Source: Promethearchaeota archaeon
Lineage (GTDB): Archaea; Asgardarchaeota; Lokiarchaeia; Sigyniarchaeales; SOKP01
Assembly (NCBI GenBank): GCA_011364925.1
Contig: RDOA01000003.1
Coordinates: 72,924-136,923 of the forward strand
Reading direction: 5' to 3'
Length of the DNA: 64,000 bases
Shown here: one piece after another, positions 17,896-27,196 of the stretch
How the letters are laid out: each line of letters starts with the position of its first letter
Numbering within the stretch: position 1 is the stretch's first letter
Made by a program: the position numbers and the translations under genes
The notes under the pieces: model-generated
Told to the model about the DNA's origin: nothing
Database searches by the model: none
Seen by the model: the letters and a program-made list of their open reading frames with translations, nothing else

Positions 17896-19362
17896 ATGAA
17901 AGGAATGGAATTAGAAAGAGAATTAAATTCCAAATATGGGTTATGTCTATTTTGTGGGTATTTTGAAAATGATTTTTGCTATAAATATTTATTACCTAGA
18001 AGTCCTATAGAAGGAAAATGTTGGAAATTTAAGAAAAGTATTCTGTTTTTGCGTAAAAAAGTTAAATCTCGTAACTTTCTTTTAATTTTCTCGCTTTATT
18101 TTATGATTTATTTCTGTGTAGGGATTATACCTCCAAATATTGAAGGTATTATAAACTCTTTACCGTCAATATCTGAGTTTTCAATAAGCACGGCAATATT
18201 ATTTTATCTAATATGTAATTCGGTAAGTGTTCTGTTTTTTGGTTATTTTAGAGAGAGGATTTTGCATACTCTAAGTAGTAAAATCTTATTTTTGTTAACA
18301 AATTTGCTCTGGATTACAAGTTTTGGACTTATATCCATTTCTTTTAGTTATCCTTTTTTCTTCAGCTTGCTTATGATTAGTGCTATCGGGACCGGCGGAT
18401 ATATCCCCTTAGGCTTTTCTAAAATCGGAGAAATGTTTCCAGCCCAAGAACGAGGATCAAGATTCGGGCTAATGCAGTTTGCTCTTATTTTAGGAAATGG
18501 AATTGGTATCATAACAGGTTCAATTTTACATTGGCGTATTGCTTTTAATTTAGGATTTTATATTAGTATGATAGTTATCATTATTTATTTTGTACTCGCA
18601 TTGGATTCATCACATAACACTTTAAATAGAGGAGATCAACTAAATCCTAATAGCTACAATTACAAGTTATCGCGTCATGATCTAGTCTCTTTATTCAAAA
18701 TAAGATCGGTTATAAGCATTCTATTTTATGTACTCACCGGTGGACTTGTCGTCTCTGTTCTTGGTAATTGGGGGATCTATATCTTGAGTTCTAACTTTAA
18801 GAATTCAGATCTAGCTACATTAATTTATCTAATAATTGGTATTGCAGCCCTTCCAGGAGCAATTATCGGAGGAAAAATAAATGATCGTTTGTTTCGAAAA
18901 AGAAAACACCAATTACGCTTTTTAGTTGCTATGATAGGAGTTTTAGGAGGATCGCTCTCCTTATTAATTTTTTATGTCTTTCCATTCGCTATCATGGTTT
19001 TCACGCTCATGCTTGGATTCATAGGATATTTCTTTACCTCTTTTACTACAGGTACCCAATTTGCCGTGTATTCTGAAGTATGCCTTCCAGAAACCCGTAG
19101 TACTGCTAATGCCTTGAATGGTTTAATGGTGAATATAGGAGGAATATGTGGGAACTTTATTCTTTCCATTATTATCTTCCATGAAGGCTTGTCTATCCAA
19201 AATGCAGTGTTTCTAATACTTTTAGTGTGGTTAGCTGGTTCACTTCTTTGGCTATTCCCTATTTTTTATTATCATAAGGATATATTAAAACAACGAGATC
19301 GTCAGATAAAAAGAAGAATTGAAAAAAGTATATATCCAATAGTTCTGGATAACAGTACTTAA
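17896..19362 (+). CDS. MFS-type transporter
   Basis: About 12 hydrophobic helices in a 6+6 arrangement with a central loop. A Cys-containing N-terminal extension makes the start uncertain. Confidence 0.7.
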   Translation: MKGMELERELNSKYGLCLFCGYFENDFCYKYLLPRSPIEGKCWKFKKSILFLRKKVKSRNFLLIFSLYFMIYFCVGIIPPNIEGIINSLPSISEFSISTAILFYLICNSVSVLFFGYFRERILHTLSSKILFLLTNLLWITSFGLISISFSYPFFFSLLMISAIGTGGYIPLGFSKIGEMFPAQERGSRFGLMQFALILGNGIGIITGSILHWRIAFNLGFYISMIVIIIYFVLALDSSHNTLNRGDQLNPNSYNYKLSRHDLVSLFKIRSVISILFYVLTGGLVVSVLGNWGIYILSSNFKNSDLATLIYLIIGIAALPGAIIGGKINDRLFRKRKHQLRFLVAMIGVLGGSLSLLIFYVFPFAIMVFTLMLGFIGYFFTSFTTGTQFAVYSEVCLPETRSTANALNGLMVNIGGICGNFILSIIIFHEGLSIQNAVFLILLVWLAGSLLWLFPIFYYHKDILKQRDRQIKRRIEKSIYPIVLDNST

Positions 19363-19412
19363 TCAGACTTTTTAAAAAAAAGAATTTGTAAATTTATATT
19401 TGAAAAAGGAAC

Positions 19413-21071
19413 TCACATTTTCCGCTTTTTAAGGTAACGATATGCTATGGCAATCACGGCAATTCCACCTATTATAGAAACAACTACAATTACTATAACT
19501 ATAGTTGGATCAAATTCTCCGGGAAGATTCTTCCCTATCGTTACTTCAGCAGTTCCAATATTTCCTGCTATATCTATTGCGTAAAACTTAATTGTAATAG
19601 CACCATCAGACATAGCACTCCAAGCAGATTGCGAGATGGTATCATCTTCTCCGGTAAACGTGTAATTATGCAAGCCATCGTCAAGCGTGTACCACATCGA
19701 AACTACGTAAATATCACTGGCTGTTATAGAGAAAGTTGGCGCCGTATTCCCATATTTGCTGCCGTCTTGCGGAGAATGAATAGTAAGAACTGGCGCTCCA
19801 TCTTCCGCTAAAGGAAAATAATCAATGCTTCCGGCAGATCCACCTATATAAGTATAGGGATCGTCAACGATACCATCTACCGGACTAAAATCCGGATCAG
19901 TATGATTGTCCCAGTAATTACCGATAAAAGTGCTGCTCCATGCATTATCAATTCCATCATCGAACGCATGCACTCCATTCTTTGAAAAGACATTTCGTTC
20001 ATATATCGTGTTATTATCACTGTTATCAATATAGACACCAATAGTGTCATTATAGAGTAAATTTCTACGAACAGTATTACGATCCGAAAAATCGTATATC
20101 CCTATTCCGTTTAATCCATTATAGCTTACGATATTATACGAAACTTTGTTGCCCTCACAATAATCGTACAATTCTATTCCAATTTCTCCGTTGTAATTTG
20201 CAACATTGTTGTTAATGGAATTATCTTGACTATACCAATGTAATGATATTCCATAATCTTGAGTATCGTTTATGAAATTATTCGAAATCTCATTATCCTC
20301 ACAATAATAATATAAATATATACCATTATAGTTATTCTCTTTTATTATGTTTCCCGAGATAATGTTATCATTACTATATTCTTCCAGATATATCCCAGAA
20401 TCTCCGTTTTCATTAAATGTATTGTTTAAAATCTTATTATTATCACAATTATACATATAAACCCCATTACCACCATTATTGCTGACGCTGTTTCCCGAAA
20501 TTGTGGTTAAATTACTATCTACTAAATAAATACCATCTAGTTGGTCATATATTGTATTGCCCGTGATGTTTATATTATTGCAATCTTCTAACCTGATTCC
20601 ATACCCTAAATGATGCATCATATTATCGGTTATTTGACCATGAGTTGTATTTCGTAAGTAAATCCCTGTCATGACTATTGTATTAGTTAATTCGTTCCAT
20701 TTGAAAGTACAATTTCTTATGATGAAATGTTTACTTTGAGAGTTATTAATTTTCAATCCGTCTATTCTCATAGACATATTCCAAATATTACTTTCAATGA
20801 TATAGGGATCCAATAAGGTTCCTGACCCCGAACACCACTCTTGTGTCTCTGCCCACGCCCAATTACCTTCAGTTGTAGTATTAGAGATAAGAAGATCATC
20901 AATTATTATACTAGTATAAACTCCAGAAGTCTTAGGTTTTTTTACATTATTTACCTCATTCGATTGACCTGGTTTCAATTCAGTATTGAAAAAAGAGTAA
21001 TAATTAATAGTTAAAGAAAATACCAATCCGATTAAAAATAAGATTGCTAGCCTTTTTGTTTTAAATTTCAT
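19413..21071 (-). CDS. right-handed parallel beta-helix (PbH1/NosD-like) repeat surface protein with C-terminal TM anchor
   Basis: Signal anchor, then CSGSGTLLDPYIIE, then many ~22-aa repeats (N.I.GN.I..N...GIYL). The C-terminus is PGEFDPTIVIVIVVVSIIGGIAVIAIAYRYLKKRKM. Confidence 0.8.
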   Translation of the reverse strand: MKFKTKRLAILFLIGLVFSLTINYYSFFNTELKPGQSNEVNNVKKPKTSGVYTSIIIDDLLISNTTTEGNWAWAETQEWCSGSGTLLDPYIIESNIWNMSMRIDGLKINNSQSKHFIIRNCTFKWNELTNTIVMTGIYLRNTTHGQITDNMMHHLGYGIRLEDCNNINITGNTIYDQLDGIYLVDSNLTTISGNSVSNNGGNGVYMYNCDNNKILNNTFNENGDSGIYLEEYSNDNIISGNIIKENNYNGIYLYYYCEDNEISNNFINDTQDYGISLHWYSQDNSINNNVANYNGEIGIELYDYCEGNKVSYNIVSYNGLNGIGIYDFSDRNTVRRNLLYNDTIGVYIDNSDNNTIYERNVFSKNGVHAFDDGIDNAWSSTFIGNYWDNHTDPDFSPVDGIVDDPYTYIGGSAGSIDYFPLAEDGAPVLTIHSPQDGSKYGNTAPTFSITASDIYVVSMWYTLDDGLHNYTFTGEDDTISQSAWSAMSDGAITIKFYAIDIAGNIGTAEVTIGKNLPGEFDPTIVIVIVVVSIIGGIAVIAIAYRYLKKRKM

Positions 21072-21278
21072 AATCTTATTCCTATAGAGTGTTGAAGTAC
21101 ATTTATGTCAAGGATGTATATAAAAGTATGTAGAAGTATAAGTAAGATAAATATGTAGTAGTATCTTCCTTGATTCTATCGAGAACGATCGATCAAAAAA
21201 GGATGCTATAAAACAACGGGATCGCTTGAAAAAGGGAAAATTTGAAAAGTATATCTTTCCACTAGCTCTGAATAATAA

Positions 21279-21842
21279 TTAGGTAGGCTTTCGTTTCCAA
21301 ATTTTCATCGATTCAAAAATGAATACACAGGTGCAATAACTTATAAAAAACAAAAAAAGTAGGCTAGCTGGATTTGTTATAAACACATCACCATACAGGA
21401 TTGCAAGATATGCGTACAATATTACACCTAAAATATTAATAACTAAGTATAAAGAATATCGGGGAATCATAAGAGGTCCTATGCGAAAGTAAAAACCTAA
21501 TATGCCTTTTTTAACTCCTTCCTTTACAAAATATTTACCATCTTTATCTTTTTTTGAAATAATCCCTGCTTTCATTAATTTATCTAATTGATATGCTACC
21601 GTTCCAGAAGAGACCATCTTTAATGCCTTCTGAATTTCCCTTACTCCCGCGCTATGATGAGTCAAAATGTACCAATAGATTTGTAGAGTCTTTCCTTGTA
21701 ATATTTTTTTATGATTATTCTTTAGAGCTTCTGCTTCTACCTCAAGATCTGACATCGCAAGGAAGGTTTCATTGTTTGATTTAGATGATATAGGTGTTAT
21801 TGCAGGACTTTCGTTTATATACTTTCGTCTTCTTGGGGTCAT
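21279..21842 (-). CDS. membrane-tethered winged-helix (ArsR/PadR-like) protein
   Basis: wHTH-like YWYILTHHSAGVREIQKALKMVSSGTVAYQLDKLMKAGIISK followed by 2-3 hydrophobic helices. Its ATG overlaps the stop of the upstream beta-helix gene (ATGA at 21839-21842). Confidence 0.65.
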   Translation of the reverse strand: MTPRRRKYINESPAITPISSKSNNETFLAMSDLEVEAEALKNNHKKILQGKTLQIYWYILTHHSAGVREIQKALKMVSSGTVAYQLDKLMKAGIISKKDKDGKYFVKEGVKKGILGFYFRIGPLMIPRYSLYLVINILGVILYAYLAILYGDVFITNPASLLFLFFISYCTCVFIFESMKIWKRKPT

Positions 21843-23452
21843 AAAAACTCTATGTCCTCTTGAGGTTTTCTAAATCTTTTACGATTTTGATATATTATAA
21901 AAACAGAAACTGCAATGATTGTACTACTAATAACGAGAATAGTTGGCAAGTAATTTAACGATGGTGTAATGGGTGGGAGTGTACAATCATTATCTTCGAT
22001 TACATTTCCTTGACAATTAAATTCAACGATGCATTCATCATTTCCTATTAAACTATTACCCGAAATAGTGTTATAACTACTAGTGTAAAGAACTAATCCC
22101 CACTGGTTGTAATTTGCGGTGTTTCCCGAAATGGTGTTATAAATGCTTTCGATTAGAATTATCCCACATTCTATATTATTAAGTGCGGTGTTTCCTGAGA
22201 GGGTGTTATAACTGCAACCTACTAAACATATCCCACTCCAATTATTGTTATTTACAATGTTTCCTGAAATGATATTATTTTTACTATTTTCAAAACAAAT
22301 CCCATGAAACCTTTTAATGTTATTCGCCGTGTTTTCTGAAATAGTATTATTGTCACAATTGATTAAATATAGCCCACCATAATAGTAATTGTAATTAGCA
22401 ACGTTTCCCGAAATAGTATTATTATTGCTATCCCATATCATTAACCCCGAGCAATTATTAGTATTTGCGGCATTTTCTGAAATATAATTGTTATTACTAT
22501 TGTCTAAGAATATCCCATAATAGGTGTTGTTATTCACGGTGTTTCCCGAAATAACACTATTATTACAATAATGTAATGAAATACCAATAGTAGTATAAGA
22601 TATGTTCAAGTTTGATATTAATGACCCACTGCAGTTGACTAAAATCAATTGTCCAGCATTTGGAAAATCGGTTGATCTTAGATTTTCTTGGTTAGTACAA
22701 TAATATACTGGTTTGCCATTCACTAGATTTGTTGTATCTATCTCAGTTGAAAGTAATATCTCAAGATTTCCAATTATTCTAAACCCACATTCATACATTA
22801 AATTTTCCGTAAAAACATTATTAAAACCTTTAGTTTGGTCCGATAGCCATCCCTGCAACGCAATTCCAGAATAGGTATTACTTATCGTGTTTCCTGAAAT
22901 GGTATTGTTACCACTACCGTATAAAGCTATCCCATAACCATAATTATCTTTTACGATATTTCCTGAAATGATGCTATTATTACAATTCCATAAACGGATT
23001 CCCTTATTGTTATTATTGGAACAATTATTGTTAAGTAGTTGTCCATTATTTACATCAACTAATTTTATTCCAGCATCGTCAAAACCTTCTCCAGAATTAA
23101 AAAGAGTACAATTTTCAATTCGAAAATAAACTTCGGAATTATCAATCCAGATGCAACTTCCCGAATTTTCACCATCTATTTCTAAATCTTCAATAATATA
23201 AGGATCAGAATAAATCCCATTCCCCGTACATATTCCATCTTCTTTAGCAACCGTCCAATTAATACTTGGATTGTCATCATCTATATGAATTTTTCCTGAT
23301 ACTGCTGGGGTTTTTGGTTTTTCGTTGTCAGAATCAATTACCTCATTGTCATCAGGAATAAAACTTGAATTAATATTAATCATTCCCACTAAAGCGAAAA
23401 TGATTCCTAAAGTGATTAAAACTGTTATTATTAATTTTGCATTTGATTTCAT
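21839..23452 (-). CDS. parallel beta-helix (PbH1/NosD-like) repeat surface protein with C-terminal TM anchor
   Basis: Signal anchor, then CTGNGIYSDPYIIEDL, then more than 10 repeats of ISGN.(V/A).NN. The DNA shows a ~66-69-bp periodic string GTGTTTCC(C/T)GAAAT. The C-terminal TM is followed by RKRFRK. Confidence 0.8.
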   Translation of the reverse strand: MKSNAKLIITVLITLGIIFALVGMININSSFIPDDNEVIDSDNEKPKTPAVSGKIHIDDDNPSINWTVAKEDGICTGNGIYSDPYIIEDLEIDGENSGSCIWIDNSEVYFRIENCTLFNSGEGFDDAGIKLVDVNNGQLLNNNCSNNNNKGIRLWNCNNSIISGNIVKDNYGYGIALYGSGNNTISGNTISNTYSGIALQGWLSDQTKGFNNVFTENLMYECGFRIIGNLEILLSTEIDTTNLVNGKPVYYCTNQENLRSTDFPNAGQLILVNCSGSLISNLNISYTTIGISLHYCNNSVISGNTVNNNTYYGIFLDNSNNNYISENAANTNNCSGLMIWDSNNNTISGNVANYNYYYGGLYLINCDNNTISENTANNIKRFHGICFENSKNNIISGNIVNNNNWSGICLVGCSYNTLSGNTALNNIECGIILIESIYNTISGNTANYNQWGLVLYTSSYNTISGNSLIGNDECIVEFNCQGNVIEDNDCTLPPITPSLNYLPTILVISSTIIAVSVFIIYQNRKRFRKPQEDIEFL

Positions 23453-23679
23453 TTTGGTTTCACCATTATTATTTAGTGTTTCTAAAATTTGATTTTTAAG
23501 ACATATTTGTCAAATAATTAATTAATTTATTATTTTAAAAAAGTATTTTTTGAACACTCTGTTCTGAGATTTGAATAATTCAATACTATCATTTGATTAT
23601 TTTTTTTGAATCTCTTTAACCAAAATTGAATTTTATAAGTCTATGGCAAATCTTGTCTAAAGTACGGTTGTGCTGAACA

Positions 23680-24186
23680 CTACTTGATAGATGGATGATG
23701 TGGATCTCTTGTAATGTTAAAAGTAACTGTTACTGGATCTTGTAAATCATACCCGATCCATATCTTATATGTCTCTACCATATCAAAAATTACAAAAACA
23801 ATTTTCGTCTTTGGGTCCCTATGAACTTCACCGCCTCTTATTTCAATAAAATATTCCGTACCATCCACATCCCACCAAAATTGAAACTTATATTCCCATG
23901 GCATATTGCGCCCAAAACTGTTCATAAATATCTTGCCAGTATGTTCTCCGCGAAATTCAGGTGAAAATTCATCAGACAAAGTCATCGTGTATTCTGGATT
24001 TGGACCTGCATTCGGACAACAGCCTGCTATTTCCTGTGAGCCTTCCAAGTCCCCGGTGAAGGTTATCAACTCGGTATTTGTTCCTCGTTTACTTAAACCA
24101 GAACTTACGAAAATCATAGTAATTGAAAGAATTAAGGTAATTGAAAGAATTACTAGTGAAATTCTTTTAGATTCCATAAAGACCAC
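23680..24186 (-). CDS. small secreted or anchored protein, unknown function
   Basis: 168-aa ORF with N-terminal hydrophobic segment ISLVILSITLILSITMIFV. No known motif. Confidence 0.6.
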   Translation of the reverse strand: MVFMESKRISLVILSITLILSITMIFVSSGLSKRGTNTELITFTGDLEGSQEIAGCCPNAGPNPEYTMTLSDEFSPEFRGEHTGKIFMNSFGRNMPWEYKFQFWWDVDGTEYFIEIRGGEVHRDPKTKIVFVIFDMVETYKIWIGYDLQDPVTVTFNITRDPHHPSIK

Positions 24187-24290
24187 CTCCTTGTTTATTA
24201 GGTTTGAATGTGATTTTAAACTTTTTTTTCCATTATTGTATAAAATTGCTTATTATACAATTATGTCTTTTATGTAATAATACTATTTTT

Positions 24291-24399
24291 TGAACAACAT
24301 CTAAATCACTGTTCAGTAATTAGAACAACTCAAAAATTCCCCTTCAATTGTTTTAAAAACGAGTGTTTTTTGCGAACAGTGTTAAACTCTTTTCTGTTC
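24291..24399. promoter_or_regulatory. Two GAACA-type inverted repeats upstream of ORF 23680..24186
   Basis: TGAACA-N13-TGTTCA (24291-24315) and GAACAG-N14-CTGTTC (24374-24399), each preceded by a T-run. A related TGAACA-CTC-TGTTC lies at 23551-23564. Confidence 0.4.
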
Positions 24400-24516
24400 A
24401 TTTAAGCTATAAGGAATTTCTCATAATATTAAGGTAAAAGTAACTAATAAAATTGAAGAAGTTATTATTAAAAATAAAGCCTTCAATCAAGTTTGAGATT
24501 AAATGTTAATAAGACT

Positions 24517-25017
24517 CTATTCAGGTATGATTATTGATGTATCTTCCTTAATTCTATCAAGGACAATTTGAGTCTTTACTTCTTCCACTCCCGGAAGGTT
24601 TCGCAACTGTTTAATCAGTTCCATTGAATCTTCGTGATCCATACATTTAGCCATAACAAACAGAGGATATTCACCAGTTACTATGTATCCATATTTTATT
24701 TTTTCCATTTTTTCAATTTTACTCTTAATATCCTCAATTGGTTGCTTAGAGTTCACTCTCAAGGAAGCCATAACCATTTCCCGATATCCTAAATAACGAC
24801 AATCTATTAAAGCAACGTATTTTTTAATTAAAAGTTCTTCTAATTTTTGGACTCGAGCTCTAATAGCTGTCGCACTTTTAGGTTTGTCTAAGCCTAACTT
24901 TTCTGACACTTTTTCGGCAATCTTATTTATAGTTATTTTTCCATCCTGTTGTAATAAGTCTAGGATCTCTCTATCAATCTCATCGATTTCAATTGGTTTA
25001 AAATTATCAGCTGCCAT
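24517..25017 (-). CDS. Lrp/AsnC-family transcriptional regulator
   Basis: N-terminal HTH (IDREILDLLQQDGKITINKIAEKV) plus a C-terminal ligand-binding-like alpha/beta domain. 166 aa. Confidence 0.8.
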   Translation of the reverse strand: MAADNFKPIEIDEIDREILDLLQQDGKITINKIAEKVSEKLGLDKPKSATAIRARVQKLEELLIKKYVALIDCRYLGYREMVMASLRVNSKQPIEDIKSKIEKMEKIKYGYIVTGEYPLFVMAKCMDHEDSMELIKQLRNLPGVEEVKTQIVLDRIKEDTSIIIPE

Positions 25018-25257
25018 TATAAAACTCCCAATTTTTGTTATTCAATAATAAAATAGTGCACACTTATTTATAACTTTTTTCACTATGATCTGTGATCAAC
25101 TTAGTTTTTTTTTGTGAATTTTGTGGGATTTATAAATAGAAAAACTATTATTTAAATAGTGGGAAGCATTTTTGATCCACAAGGAATATCAAATTTAAAC
25201 TTTATTTGGTATTAAAACTGAAAAAAATAGAAAAAATATCTAGAGAAGTTGAAAAAA

Positions 25258-25482
25258 ATGGCAGATAAAACACTTAATGCAATAGGTAAAAAATGCCCTA
25301 TGCCTGTTCTCATGACCAAAAAAGAGCTAAAAAACATGAGTTCAGGACAAACTCTTGAATTGGTTGTCGATGATAAAGGAGCATTAAAAGATGTTCCGGC
25401 ACTTATCAGTAAAACCGGTGATTCAATACTCGAGACGAAAGAAGGCGAAAACCAGATAACATTTATGATTAAAAAGGCTTAA
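25258..25482 (+). CDS. tusA: TusA/SirA-like sulfur carrier protein
   Basis: CPMPVLMTKKELK (CPxP motif), ~75 aa. The ATG at 25258 is preferred over the TTG at 25249. Confidence 0.8.
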   Translation: MADKTLNAIGKKCPMPVLMTKKELKNMSSGQTLELVVDDKGALKDVPALISKTGDSILETKEGENQITFMIKKA

Positions 25483-25511
25483 ACCAGAGATTAAAACACG
25501 CGTGATGTACA

Positions 25512-25880
25512 ATGACAACCTATTCTTTTTTTATTAGTACGGAACCTTACAAATTTGAAGCAAGCGATTCGTTAATCGAAATGGGTAAAGCTTTAATAAA
25601 GAAGGGACACAGTATAAAGGGTTTATTTTTCTTTGGAACTGGCGTATATAACATCAAGGGCGATATTAGTAGTGGAAGCTCAATAAGAAACATTCCAAAA
25701 AAGCTTGAAGAGTTTGCGACTGAGAACAAGATTCCAGTGGTTGGATGTTCCACTTGGGTAAGTTTGACTGGGTTAAAAGAACCAGAGTTTATTGAAGGGG
25801 CAACGGAAGAGGGATTAGGCGACTTTTCAAATTGGGCTGTAGAATCAGACAAATTAATTGTATTTGGAGCGGGGTGTTAA
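25512..25880 (+). CDS. DsrE/TusD-like sulfur-relay subunit
   Basis: 122 aa with a DsrE-like pattern (FFISTEPY...LFFFGTGVY...VVGCSTW). Confidence 0.65.
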   Translation: MTTYSFFISTEPYKFEASDSLIEMGKALIKKGHSIKGLFFFGTGVYNIKGDISSGSSIRNIPKKLEEFATENKIPVVGCSTWVSLTGLKEPEFIEGATEEGLGDFSNWAVESDKLIVFGAGC

Positions 25881-26254
25881 AAATAACAATAGAATCTGTA
25901 GTAATAATAACTGACCAAGGACCGATTGGTAAAAATTCAGCTTTAGAAGCAGTCCGTATTGGTTCCGGATTCGTAGCACTCGGTGAATTTGTGGACTGCA
26001 AAATGGTATTTACAGGAGACGCAGTTTACTTGCTCAATAAAAACGCAAAACCAGAAGCGGTTGGAATGGATCCATACGACGAGGTTATGGAAATTGCAGA
26101 CTTATCAGACTTAGAATTATACGTTCTTGATCAAGCGTTACAAGACGCTGGAATGAGTGCTGAAGATTTAGTTGAGTACGAAAATTTGAGCATAATTACA
26201 TACGACGAACTAGTCGATTTAATTGAAAATGCAACTACGAGTTTTAGATTTTAA
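25874..26254 (+). CDS. DsrF/TusC-like sulfur-relay subunit (GTG start at 25874, in frame with track ORF 25832..26254)
   Basis: VLKITIESVVIITDQGPIGKNSALEAVRIGSGF... has a typical DsrE/F fold pattern. A start at 25874 gives a 7-nt overlap (GTGTTAA) with the upstream gene instead of 49 nt. Confidence 0.6.
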   Translation: MLKITIESVVIITDQGPIGKNSALEAVRIGSGFVALGEFVDCKMVFTGDAVYLLNKNAKPEAVGMDPYDEVMEIADLSDLELYVLDQALQDAGMSAEDLVEYENLSIITYDELVDLIENATTSFRF

Positions 26255-26270
26255 ACGAGGAGAATAAATA

Positions 26271-26612
26271 ATGGCTGAAAACAGAAAAATATTGTATTTA
26301 TTTGGATATAGTGAAATAACAGGAACACATTTGAAGCGGTTATTACCCATTTTAAAAGCACAGATTGCCAAAGGGTCTCAAATTGGACTCGTGTTGATTC
26401 ACGACGGCGTAATCGGGATTAACAAAAAAGGGAATATCCCCGAGATGATGGGCGAACTACTTAGCTTGAATGTAGCAATTTACGCAATGATACCTGATTT
26501 GCAAGCTCGAGGGATTGCTCAAGAAAGTATTCACGACAAGGTTAAGCCGATTGGATATGACGAACTAATCGATATTATTGATGTAACACCAAAAATAATA
26601 TCTTGGATGTAA
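26271..26612 (+). CDS. DsrH/TusB-like sulfur-relay subunit
   Basis: 113 aa: KILYLFGYS...GLVLIHDGVIG. It is third in DsrE-F-H order, and a GAGGAG Shine-Dalgarno motif precedes the ATG. Confidence 0.6.
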   Translation: MAENRKILYLFGYSEITGTHLKRLLPILKAQIAKGSQIGLVLIHDGVIGINKKGNIPEMMGELLSLNVAIYAMIPDLQARGIAQESIHDKVKPIGYDELIDIIDVTPKIISWM

Positions 26613-26726
26613 AAAGTCCAAGAAATCAAAATAGATTTTTTGAAAATTAAGGTAATAAAATATTACAAAATTTTGGAATATAAAATAATTAGAAATTAAA
26701 AAAACAAAAAAAAGAAGTGAAAAAAT

Positions 26727-27143
26727 ATGGGAGAAACTATTAACTTTATAGTTAAGGACAAGTCATTCGAAAAATTCGCAATGATGATGCTCCTAGGTAC
26801 CACAGCAGACGCGATGGACACTAAAACCAACTTTTTCTTTACATTTTGGGGTTTAAAATTATTAACTAAGAAATTTAAACCGAAAGTCGCTGGTATGCCT
26901 TTTCCAATGAAGGGAATGGCTGCAGGCATGTTCAAGAAAAAGATGGCTACATTTGGAATCGAAGATCCATGGGGTATGATTAAAGACGCTGTCGAGAATG
27001 GAAACATGAAATTATTTCCATGCCAAATGACAATGGATTTAATGGGGATTAAGAGAGAAGATCTGATTGACATTGTTGAAGAGCCTGTGGGTGCCGCAAC
27101 TTTCTTAGAGATGAGTGAAGGTGGAAAAATAGTCTCACTATAA
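26727..27143 (+). CDS. DsrE/DsrF-like family protein (DsrE2/DrsE_2 type)
   Basis: FAMMMLLGTTADAMDTKTNFFFTFWGLKLL resembles the FFTFWG signature of the DrsE_2 group. 138 aa. Confidence 0.5.
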   Translation: MGETINFIVKDKSFEKFAMMMLLGTTADAMDTKTNFFFTFWGLKLLTKKFKPKVAGMPFPMKGMAAGMFKKKMATFGIEDPWGMIKDAVENGNMKLFPCQMTMDLMGIKREDLIDIVEEPVGAATFLEMSEGGKIVSL

Positions 27144-27157
27144 AATATACATTAAAA

Positions 27158-27171
27158 TTTTTTTTTTTTTT
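27158..27171 (+). terminator. T14 tract between the DsrE2-like gene and hdrC
   Basis: 14 consecutive T, starting 15 nt after the stop at 27143. Oligo-T tracts act as archaeal termination signals. Confidence 0.4.
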
Positions 27172-27196
27172 CAAGATAATAAATTGGTGAATGTAA

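Noticed and set aside
17896-18060. Cys-containing N-terminal extension of the MFS transporter (CLFCGYFENDFC...GKCWKF) as a possible zinc-ribbon sensor domain
   Set aside because: The spacing does not match any finger type I recognise. The true start may be an internal Met, which would make this region untranslated.
19900-23300. Regular ~66-69-bp DNA periodicity (e.g. GTGTTTCCCGAAAT...) that could at first glance look like a repeat array or CRISPR
   Set aside because: The repeats lie inside long intact ORFs and encode PbH1 beta-helix coils (ISGN..NN). The units are imperfect, with no unique spacers and no cas genes. The same applies to the ~120-bp LVIVD repeats at 8950-9720.
25832-25873. The track start (ATG 25832) for the DsrF-like ORF
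   Set aside because: It would overlap the DsrE-like gene by 49 nt and add a Cys/Arg-rich non-homologous N-terminus (MGCRIRQINCIWSG). The in-frame GTG at 25874 gives the usual short coupled overlap.
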